Source: a virus (taxonomy: Duplodnaviria; Caudoviricetes). Taken from it: DNA of 64,000 nucleotides. The translations under genes and the position numbers were made by a program. Where the stretch lies: the IMG/VR virus record IMGVR_UViG_3300037471_000673, positions 32 through 64,031 of that record; one strand, written 5' to 3'. Under the pieces are notes generated by a model that saw nothing but the letters and a program-made list of their open reading frames with translations, was not told where the DNA came from and made no database searches. Positions 1-6,940 of the stretch are shown in pieces (position 1 is the stretch's first letter; every line of letters starts with the position of its first letter).

Positions 1-147
1 TGCGAACAGACGCAGCGCAAGGTCGAAGAAATCGGCGAGCGCAGTGCGGCCGCGGCCGAGAAATTCGGCCTTGGCTCAGCAGGTACTCGTGGCGTGGATA
101 CGTCCCGCGCCCCCTCTGATCCCCAACGTAACGAAGGAGGCAAGTGA
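1..147 (+). CDS. 3' end of a small cassette gene (5'-truncated by the window)
   Basis: Frame 1 is open from base 1 (...KFGLGSAGTRGVDTSRAPSDPQRNEGGK*). Its stop overlaps the ATG at 147. Confidence 0.7.
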   Translation, partial: CEQTQRKVEEIGERSAAAAEKFGLGSAGTRGVDTSRAPSDPQRNEGGK

Positions 148-464
148 TGCCCCAACTCAAAGCAACCTGCCCCATCGACGGCGAGCCGAGCATCAGCGAA
201 ATCGTCGCCGAGTTGGCGGCGGGCGCTTTCATCGAACTGCACGACGACGGGCGCTACGAGCTGCGCCATCCCGGCAAGTTCATCGGCGATCACACGATGC
301 AGCACCACCTGATTCGCCACGGCTGGCTGGACAGCACCGCGAACTGCGGCGGCTACGTTCTGTCTACAGACGGACACCGCGCCTACATGCGCAGCACCGA
401 CGAACTCGGCAACGGCGAGTTGGTGCCGCCACTCCCCCGTGGCGTGCGGGAGAACGGCAAATGA
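147..464 (+). CDS. Hypothetical cassette protein
   Basis: GAAGGAGG RBS then ATG; ends PRGVRENGK*. Confidence 0.8.
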   Translation: MPQLKATCPIDGEPSISEIVAELAAGAFIELHDDGRYELRHPGKFIGDHTMQHHLIRHGWLDSTANCGGYVLSTDGHRAYMRSTDELGNGELVPPLPRGVRENGK

Positions 465-628
465 TCTACGGAACCTACGGCGAGGGGTGCGAACACTTCC
501 GCTTCCGCCGAGTACGCCCCGGCGTTTATCAGCGCGTGGTGCGCCTGTTCGGCTTCTTGTGGTTCGTGGACAAGGGACGACAACTTCGTGACCATGACGC
601 CATGTTTTTCCCGATGGAATCACCATGA
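461..628 (+). CDS. Hypothetical protein (55 aa)
   Basis: ATGA overlap with the upstream stop; GGAG RBS within the repeat arm. Confidence 0.7.
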   Translation: MIYGTYGEGCEHFRFRRVRPGVYQRVVRLFGFLWFVDKGRQLRDHDAMFFPMESP

Positions 629-861
629 CTCATCCACACATTGATGGCGTGTGTGCGCGTTGCGGCGGTGCTGGCACGGTTCCCGAAGTGCAGGCGCTGT
701 TGCGAAAGCTGTGGCTCGAAGGCGGCGGCAATCCCGACATCGCCGAGCCAACCGAACAGGAAGTAGCAGACCTGATGCATGGCCTCACTGTCCTTGTCGA
801 TGAATATGAGCGCGAGGAAGCGGAACGCATTGCTGGCGTGCAGGAGAACGGCAATGGCTGA
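625..861 (+). CDS. Hypothetical cassette protein with CxxCxG motif
   Basis: ATGA coupling; CARCGG near the N-terminus; ends IAGVQENGNG*. Confidence 0.75.
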   Translation: MTHPHIDGVCARCGGAGTVPEVQALLRKLWLEGGGNPDIAEPTEQEVADLMHGLTVLVDEYEREEAERIAGVQENGNG

Positions 862-1057
862 AATTAAGTTCACCGAGCAAGAGGCACGACAGGGCTATGC
901 GATGCGCAACGGCACGAAGCACTACTGCTGCTATGGCATGTACGCCGACGTAGGCCATTCAGAAGACTGTAAACACTTCTGGAAGGAAAAGAACGAAGCG
1001 CGCAAGGCTGGCTCAGCAGGTACTCGTGGCGTGCAGGAGAACGGCAATGGCCGGTAA
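854..1057 (+). CDS. Hypothetical cassette protein (Cys/His-containing)
   Basis: ATG and RBS supplied by the repeat right arm; ends GSAGTRGVQENGNGR*. Confidence 0.75.
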   Translation: MAEIKFTEQEARQGYAMRNGTKHYCCYGMYADVGHSEDCKHFWKEKNEARKAGSAGTRGVQENGNGR

Positions 1058-1349
1058 CGCTAGCGCCCGCTACTTCACCGAGTTCATGAAGAAGTGGTAT
1101 CCGATGTTCTCGCGTCGCGCTACGCAGCTTTGCATCCTGAGCAGCGCGATGGAAAAGATCGCACTTGGCGCGCCTGACGCGCGGGCCATCGCAATTCTGG
1201 CGCTTGAGCAATCTGACCCGTTCGGATGGAAGCAAAGGCGTGACCCGTTGATGGTTGTAGCCGGATTGCTGCCCGACTCATCAGGTACTCGTGGCGTGCC
1301 ATCCGTCTCACCGACTGCTGATCCCCAACGTAACGAAGGAGGCTCGTGA
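1047..1349 (+). CDS. Hypothetical cassette protein
   Basis: ATG in the repeat arm; ends SGTRGVPSVSPTADPQRNEGGS*. Confidence 0.75.
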   Translation: MAGNASARYFTEFMKKWYPMFSRRATQLCILSSAMEKIALGAPDARAIAILALEQSDPFGWKQRRDPLMVVAGLLPDSSGTRGVPSVSPTADPQRNEGGS

Positions 1350-1618
1350 TGCCCAACTACAAGCTATTCCATGTGGACGATTGCATGTACATCGCGGCCA
1401 TGACCGGCGAGGAAGCCGCCGCCCACGTCAAGGACGAATGCGGCGATGGTTGCGGCGAGTCGGTGAGCGAAGTCTCGCTCGACATGCGCGTGACGACTGC
1501 GAACGTCGATGACGGCGAGGAAGCCACGCCGGACACAATGACCACAGCAGGCGCGCTTATCGAGGATCACCTCAAGCACGGCGGCAAGCTGCCCTACACC
1601 CTCGGAGGGTCCGAATGA
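1349..1618 (+). CDS. Acidic hypothetical protein
   Basis: GAAGGAGG RBS within the duplicated 26-bp segment; translational coupling on both sides. Confidence 0.8.
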   Translation: MPNYKLFHVDDCMYIAAMTGEEAAAHVKDECGDGCGESVSEVSLDMRVTTANVDDGEEATPDTMTTAGALIEDHLKHGGKLPYTLGGSE

Positions 1619-2304
1619 GCAACAACGCACAACTGGCGCTTTTCATCGGCGCGATGTTCGCGGGCGGCATAGGCGTGCTGCTGTGGGGCGAGCGCCTGCG
1701 GCTGAAGGATCGGCTTGCCGAGACCGAGGACGAGCTGCAACGCTGGAAGCGCGCATGGCGCGACCACGACCGATGGCTCGCGCTCACGCATCCCGGCATC
1801 GAGTTGGTGCTGACGAACCTTCGCCAGCAGGCGGAGGGTAAGCATCCGCTCGACGTGTGCTGGCCGCCATCGAAAACCGGGCCGTGGGAAGTAAGCCGCT
1901 TGCGCGAAGTGCTCAAGACGCGCTACGGGCTCGGCTCAGCAGGTACTCGTGGCGTGCGGGCCATTGACGACACCGCGCGACTCGACTGGATCGCACAGCA
2001 AGGCGGCGACGAGTTCGGCTACGGCGTGATCGCGGACGCTCCCGGCGACGGCAACTACTGGGTCAGCGGCATGGACGGCGCACGCGGGCAAGGCAAGACC
2101 TTCCGCGAAGCACTCGACGCAGCCATTGCTGGCGTGGCTTCGGTTGAAGCGTCGAGCATCACGGCAATGCAGGCGCTTGAGGCGCTGGATGAACTGGAGG
2201 CGTCGGCACGCGGCGACGAGCCGTTCAACCACTTCGCCGCGCCGCTGATTCGCCAGTTCATCGAGCAGGACATTGATGGCGTGGGAGGAAGCGATGCAGC
2301 TTGA
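1615..2304 (+). CDS. Modular hypothetical protein (N-terminal TM/coiled coil; three internal repeat cores)
   Basis: 229-aa ORF with cores at 1950, 2130 and 2277, all in frame. It contains a DTARLDWI...TFREALDAAIA module that recurs in phage accessory proteins. Confidence 0.8.
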   Translation: MSNNAQLALFIGAMFAGGIGVLLWGERLRLKDRLAETEDELQRWKRAWRDHDRWLALTHPGIELVLTNLRQQAEGKHPLDVCWPPSKTGPWEVSRLREVLKTRYGLGSAGTRGVRAIDDTARLDWIAQQGGDEFGYGVIADAPGDGNYWVSGMDGARGQGKTFREALDAAIAGVASVEASSITAMQALEALDELEASARGDEPFNHFAAPLIRQFIEQDIDGVGGSDAA

Positions 2305-2542
2305 ACATTGCCCGTTCTGCGGCACGAAGCACAGCCTTTCGTCGTGCGTTGCTGGCCGCCACCAGCAAGTCATTTGCGGCGCCTGCGGTGCGCGAGGGCC
2401 GGAGGTCTATGCCTTCCTGCCCTACGCCGTCGCCGCTGAGTCGTGGAACGTTCGCAACCAGCCCGCCGAGGTCAACACCACGCACCGGCCTGACGGCGCA
2501 CGTATTGCTGGCGTGCAGGAGAACGGCAATGCCCATGACTAA
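2294..2542 (+). CDS. Lar-family restriction alleviation protein
   Basis: LEHCPFCG...VICGACGARGP...AAESWNVR matches the Lar-like Zn-ribbon pattern (CPFCG...CxxCGA.GP...A...WN.R). Confidence 0.75.
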   Translation: MQLEHCPFCGTKHSLSSCVAGRHQQVICGACGARGPEVYAFLPYAVAAESWNVRNQPAEVNTTHRPDGARIAGVQENGNAHD

Positions 2543-2693
2543 GCAAGAGGTCCGCAGCTTCCTAGCGCAGTTCGACCGTGCGCGCAAGGAAATCAAACGC
2601 TGGCCGAAGTGGATGCAGCGCGAAGCACGGTTCGCCGCTGCGACGTTTCCAAAGCCGCCCACTGTTGGCGTGCAGGAGAACGGTAATGGCTGA
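2535..2693 (+). CDS. Hypothetical cassette protein (52 aa)
   Basis: Coupled start; ends VGVQENGNG*. Confidence 0.7.
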   Translation: MTKQEVRSFLAQFDRARKEIKRWPKWMQREARFAAATFPKPPTVGVQENGNG

Positions 2694-2784
2694 CTTTCCG
2701 TGGTGGGGCTGGATATTCGTCGCCCTCGCCGTGATCGGCTTCGCGCTCGCCTGCTGCAAGGCGTGGGAGAACGGCAATGGCTGA
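2686..2784 (+). CDS. 32-aa single-pass membrane peptide
   Basis: MADFPWWGWIFVALAVIGFALACCKAWENGNG; RBS and ATG come from the repeat arm. Confidence 0.6.
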   Translation: MADFPWWGWIFVALAVIGFALACCKAWENGNG

Positions 2785-3073
2785 ACAACTTCCACAGCTT
2801 CCGCTGCCCCGAGTGCGTCGACACCGCACATCCTGCGCCGTATTCGGTCCGAGTCCCGGACCCTGCGACTGCGGCTCGCCGCCGAAGGTCTACGACGACG
2901 ACGAGATGCGGCGCTACGGCGAGCAATGCCGAAGAGCCACCGCTGGCGCGCAAGCATTCCCGGCCACCCCAAAACTCAGCACTGGCGCGGCTTCCAGCCC
3001 GATTAACGAATCCGAACCGGCCACCCCCAATGGCGTGCCGGGTGCGGGCAAAACGTCTTCCGAGAAGGAGTAA
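2777..3073 (+). CDS. Hypothetical cassette protein, Pro-rich
   Basis: ATG in the repeat arm; PCDCG motif; core at 3031 read as NGV. Confidence 0.7.
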   Translation: MAEQLPQLPLPRVRRHRTSCAVFGPSPGPCDCGSPPKVYDDDEMRRYGEQCRRATAGAQAFPATPKLSTGAASSPINESEPATPNGVPGAGKTSSEKE

Positions 3074-3078
3074 CAGCG

Positions 3079-3315
3079 ATGCCCGACTTCAAAGAGATCG
3101 CCGAGTTTTCGGTCCAGATTCCTGGCGGCGGTCACTTCCGCGCCTCCTGGCCCCGGTCAATCAGCACGACAGGCCTACGCATGGGCCGCGACATGCTGAA
3201 CCTCACGCTCGATTGGTGGATCGAGAAGGGCCGGGAAGCGAAGGACGCCGAGGCCGAATACGCGAGCTGGTCAATCGCCTGTGGCGTGACAACGCCCGAC
3301 CAGCAACCGAAATAA
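3079..3315 (+). CDS. Hypothetical cassette protein
   Basis: AAGGAG RBS; core at 3282 near the 3' end (CGV). Confidence 0.75.
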   Translation: MPDFKEIAEFSVQIPGGGHFRASWPRSISTTGLRMGRDMLNLTLDWWIEKGREAKDAEAEYASWSIACGVTTPDQQPK

Positions 3316-3327
3316 CGAAAGCCACCC

Positions 3328-3762
3328 ATGAAAAAACTCAAGCCTATGCGGGTGCTGGTAACTGGCGGCCGCACCAAGACACTGCAGCGTCTGGGCATCG
3401 ATGCCGGGGCTGTGCATGTGCAAGTCGTGCGCACGCTCAACGCCATCAGCGCCTGCGGCGATCGTGAGGTGACCATCATTCACGGCGGAGCGACGGGCGT
3501 CGATGCCATGGCTGACGCATGGGCCGATCGCACGCACACGATCAAGGAGGTCTACCCGATTTCCAAAGAGGAGTGGGACAGCCTTGGCAAAGCCGCAGGC
3601 CCGACGCGCAACGCGTTCATGCTCACCAAGAAGCCTGATGTTGTCGTCGCGTTCGTCGGGGGCAACGGCACGATCGACATGGTGGCGCGGGCAAGAGATG
3701 CGGGTGTACGTGTGTTTGAGGTGCCGCGCCCTGCAATCGTCGAGGTGCCTGCGACGTGCTAG
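3328..3762 (+). CDS. SLOG-family (DUF2493/YspA-like) protein
   Basis: RVLVTGGR...IIHGGATGVDAMADAWA...GKAAGPTRNAFML...VVAFVGGNGT pattern. Confidence 0.8.
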   Translation: MKKLKPMRVLVTGGRTKTLQRLGIDAGAVHVQVVRTLNAISACGDREVTIIHGGATGVDAMADAWADRTHTIKEVYPISKEEWDSLGKAAGPTRNAFMLTKKPDVVVAFVGGNGTIDMVARARDAGVRVFEVPRPAIVEVPATC

Positions 3763-5348
3763 TCCACACCCCCAGCAAGTCACTGGTCGTTCACGTGCGC
3801 CCCGACAAGGTGGCCACGCTCAAGGGTATATTTCCGGCGCACCACCGCGTGGTTCATCATGGAGGCGAGGAGCTGCTGGCACTGCCGCACACGATCCCCG
3901 TCACGCGTGTGCTGCGCAACATGGGCATTCGCGCGCCCAGCCCGATTCGCTACTACTACGACTGGCCGCGGCCAGCGCGCTTCACGGCGGTGTTCGATCA
4001 CCAGTACACGACGGCGGAGTTCCTCACGCTGCACAACAAGTGCTTCGTGCTCAACGAGATGGGCACATCCAAAACGGCCAGTGCGTTATGGGCTGCGGAC
4101 TACCTGATGCGGATCGGCCACGTCAAGAAGGTGCTGATCTGCGCGACGCTGTCCACGCTGGAATCTGTGTGGCTCAATGAAATCTTCGACGTGTGCATGC
4201 ACCGCAACGCGCTGGTACTGCACGCCGATGCCGAGAAGCGCCGCGAGATGCTCGCGCGCGATGTGGACTTCTACATCATCAACCACGCCGGGCTGAAGAT
4301 CATCGGCAACGAGATCATCCGCCGCAAGGACATCGACCTCGTGATCGTGGATGAAGCCTCGGTGTACCGCAACGCGCAGACCGAGCAGTACGAAATCCTC
4401 GAACGCGTGGTGCGCGAGAAAAAGCTGTGGCTGCTCACAGGCGCGCCGGCACCGAACGCTCCTACCGACGTGTGGGCCCTTGCGCGTCTTGTCAACAAGT
4501 CGCTGGTACCCGCGCACTTCACCGCGTTCAAGCGCAAGACGATGTCGCAGGTGTCCACCTACAAGTGGGTGCCGCGCCCGGGAAGCCACGAGACGGCGTT
4601 CGCAGCCCTGCAGCCAGCGATCCGTTTCAAGAAGTCGGACTGCCTGACGCTGCCGCCCGTGACATACACCACGCGCAAGTGTGAGCTGGAGCCCGAGCAG
4701 CTGCGCGCCTACGAGCAGATGAAGCTGCACCTCGTGGCCGAAGTGACTAACGGGGCATCACCCGTCACCGCTGTGAATGCCGCCGACAAGATCGCCAAGC
4801 TGCGGCAAATCCTGTGCGGTGCGATCAAGGGCGCAGACGGCAACTACGTCGTGCTGCCGCACGGCAAGCGCCTGAAAATTCTGCAGGAGTACATCGAGCA
4901 GGCCGCGGCCAAGGTGCTGGTGATCGTGCCCTTCAAGGGCATCGCCCGCGTGCTGGAAGACGAGCTGAACGCGTGGCATCAGTCCAAGGGCGACGGCCGG
5001 CGCGTGAAGCTGGTGAATGGCGACGTGTCGCTGACCGAGCGCAACCGCATCTTCCAAGACTTCCGCGACGATCCGGACCTCACGGAACTGGTGTGTCACC
5101 CGCAGGTGATGGCGCATGGCCTGAACATGACGCAGGCCGACATGCTGGTGTTCTACGCGCCGATCTACTCGAACGACCAGAGCGGGCAGGTGATGGACCG
5201 CATCAATCGCCCGGGGCAGACCATGCACATGACGGTGGGGCGCATCGTGGCCAACCCGCTGGAGCAAGGCATCTACGCGATGGTCGAAGGCCGCCAGCAA
5301 GGCCAGATGAACATGCTGGAGCTGTTCAGGAAAGAGGTGATGGGATGA
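3756..5348 (+). CDS. SNF2-like (SF2) DNA helicase
   Basis: EMGTSKT (Walker A variant), VIVDEAS, LLTGAP, GLNM motif V and DRINRPGQ motif VI. Confidence 0.9.
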   Translation: MLVHTPSKSLVVHVRPDKVATLKGIFPAHHRVVHHGGEELLALPHTIPVTRVLRNMGIRAPSPIRYYYDWPRPARFTAVFDHQYTTAEFLTLHNKCFVLNEMGTSKTASALWAADYLMRIGHVKKVLICATLSTLESVWLNEIFDVCMHRNALVLHADAEKRREMLARDVDFYIINHAGLKIIGNEIIRRKDIDLVIVDEASVYRNAQTEQYEILERVVREKKLWLLTGAPAPNAPTDVWALARLVNKSLVPAHFTAFKRKTMSQVSTYKWVPRPGSHETAFAALQPAIRFKKSDCLTLPPVTYTTRKCELEPEQLRAYEQMKLHLVAEVTNGASPVTAVNAADKIAKLRQILCGAIKGADGNYVVLPHGKRLKILQEYIEQAAAKVLVIVPFKGIARVLEDELNAWHQSKGDGRRVKLVNGDVSLTERNRIFQDFRDDPDLTELVCHPQVMAHGLNMTQADMLVFYAPIYSNDQSGQVMDRINRPGQTMHMTVGRIVANPLEQGIYAMVEGRQQGQMNMLELFRKEVMG

Positions 5349-5578
5349 ACAATCCTGTCGTGGTCGACGTCAGTAGCCCCGCCGTGAATCACGCGATTTT
5401 GCATAGCCCCGATGGCTTGCTCTGGGCGGATCGTGTCGACATAGATACCAAGAAGCAAGTGGCATCGCTCTATAGCGGAGACACGCTTCTCGGGACGATC
5501 ACGTGGGCACAGCCGATACAAGACGGCGAAATCCTGCGTATCTCAGTGAATGCAGGATTTCGTATCCGGTTTGATTAG
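5345..5578 (+). CDS. Hypothetical protein
   Basis: ATGA coupling to the helicase stop. Confidence 0.65.
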   Translation: MNNPVVVDVSSPAVNHAILHSPDGLLWADRVDIDTKKQVASLYSGDTLLGTITWAQPIQDGEILRISVNAGFRIRFD

Positions 5579-5584
5579 TTGCAC

Positions 5585-5613
5585 TTGACACTATCACCCA
5601 TTGCGAGCAGAAT
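5585..5613 (+). promoter_or_regulatory. Sigma70-like promoter
   Basis: TTGACA-17 bp-CAGAAT upstream of the RBS/ATG at 5639. Confidence 0.65.
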
Positions 5614-5638
5614 ACTTACATACCCCCAAGGAGTCCCC

Positions 5639-6103
5639 ATGGATATCAGACTGATGGAGCCCGAGCAGCTCAAAGCCTTCCTCGCCAAGATTCCCGAGCT
5701 GTCGATCGACAAGAAGATGGAGCTGTACCTGCGGCTGCGCAAAGCCAAGTCCGTTTGCAAGAAGCACATGGACGCGGTGGACGATCAGTACAAGGAGTGC
5801 ATGTCCACCATCGAGAACCACATGCTCGCTGACGCCGACAAGGCCAAGGTCACTGGCTTCACCATTACCGGTCTGGGCACGTCCTACACCGCCGAGACCA
5901 AGAAGATCAGCGTGGCCGACGACGCGGTGTTCGATGCGTTCGTGCTGCAGGCGCAAGACCTGTCGTTCTTCGAGCGGCGCGTGTCCAGCAAGCGCGTGGA
6001 TGCGTACATCAAAGAGACGAAGGTCAACCCCCCGGGGCTGAACATCTTCCGCGAGCGAGTCATGCGCGTGCGCAAGGCCGGCGAACAGATCGCGGAGGAT
6101 TGA
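5639..6103 (+). CDS. Conserved phage replication-module protein (coiled coil)
   Basis: AAGGAG RBS; KE-rich helical protein between the helicase and the exonuclease. Confidence 0.8.
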   Translation: MDIRLMEPEQLKAFLAKIPELSIDKKMELYLRLRKAKSVCKKHMDAVDDQYKECMSTIENHMLADADKAKVTGFTITGLGTSYTAETKKISVADDAVFDAFVLQAQDLSFFERRVSSKRVDAYIKETKVNPPGLNIFRERVMRVRKAGEQIAED

Positions 6104-6304
6104 ATGCAGAACCCCTTCGACGAAATCGAGCGGGCACTGGGCGAGGCGAGAGCCTTGAACAGTGCTATCGATGCGCAGGCGAACTCGATAGCCCGACTAC
6201 TTGTCGGCCATTTGCGCAAAGTTGGCGACTACACCCTCAAGCAGCTGAAAAACGAGCTGCGCCACTACAACATGCACACCGGAAGGTGGAAAGGACCGCG
6301 ATGA
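6104..6304 (+). CDS. Hypothetical protein
   Basis: GGAGG RBS; coupled to the next gene. Confidence 0.7.
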   Translation: MQNPFDEIERALGEARALNSAIDAQANSIARLLVGHLRKVGDYTLKQLKNELRHYNMHTGRWKGPR

Positions 6305-6900
6305 CCGAAGCCCTGATCTCACCCAGCGCCCCCGCGCAGACCACCGACAATTACAACCACGCGATGGTCGACCTCGAAACGCTGGGCACCAAGCCCTTTG
6401 TCCCGATCCTGTCAATCGGTGCTTGCGCGATGCGACTGGACACCGACGATGAGATCGTCGACCTGTTCTTCCAGCCGATCAACCTGCAGTCCTGTCTCGA
6501 CTTCGGGCTGCGCCCCGACGCGGCCACCATCGAGTGGTGGATGAACGATCCTTCGATCATGCCCGAGGCTCGCGCCGCGGCGTTCGGCAGCGAAGGCCGT
6601 GTGCCGCTGCCCACCGCGCTGGACAACTTCACGGACTGGTTGCAGTCACGCCCGCTGCAGCTGTGGGGCAACTCGGCGCGCTTCGATCTGGGCATCCTCG
6701 AAGCTGCCTATAAAGCGTGCAGCAAAGAGCCGCCGTGGTCTTTCCGCGACGAGCGTTGCTACCGTACCATCAAATGCTTACCCGACGCGCAGGGGATCGA
6801 GATGGTACGCAAGGGTACGTTCCACCACCCCACGGCCGACGCGGTCAACCAAGCGCTGCATCTGCGCGAGATCAATAAAAAACTCCAGTTGCATTTGTAG
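6301..6900 (+). CDS. DEDD 3'-5' exonuclease (DUF5051-like)
   Basis: MVDLETLGT...WGNSARFDLGIL...RCYRT...HHPTADAVNQA. Confidence 0.85.
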   Translation: MTEALISPSAPAQTTDNYNHAMVDLETLGTKPFVPILSIGACAMRLDTDDEIVDLFFQPINLQSCLDFGLRPDAATIEWWMNDPSIMPEARAAAFGSEGRVPLPTALDNFTDWLQSRPLQLWGNSARFDLGILEAAYKACSKEPPWSFRDERCYRTIKCLPDAQGIEMVRKGTFHHPTADAVNQALHLREINKKLQLHL

Positions 6901-6940
6901 TTTTTCGCTGTACCATCCCCTTCTCATCAACGAGGTAACA

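Larger units (their letters stand above)
73..3288 (+). repeat. Gene-junction repeat array with TGGCGTG core (main part)
   Basis: Exact cores at 90, 440, 645, 834, 1027, 1292, 1950, 2130, 2277, 2509, 2666, 3031, 3282, plus a degenerate AGGCGTG at 2759. Recurrent arms are GGCTCAGCAGGTACTCG (left) and CAGGAGAACGG(C/T)AATG (right). Confidence 0.95.

Noticed and set aside
1236-1677. AGGCGTG variants at 1236 and 1671 as additional cores
   Set aside because: They have one mismatch, no flanking arm similarity and no junction position, so they are probably chance.
73-3288. CRISPR array interpretation of the junction repeats
   Set aside because: Spacing is irregular (about 90-660 bp), the intervening sequences are intact ORFs with RBSs, the invariant part is only 7 bp, and there is no cas operon. 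The PD-(D/E)XK gene is a typical phage replication nuclease.
73-3288. Classical integron (attC sites plus IntI)
   Set aside because: There are no GTTRRRY/RYYYAAC boxes or long imperfect palindromes at the junctions, and no tyrosine recombinase in the window.
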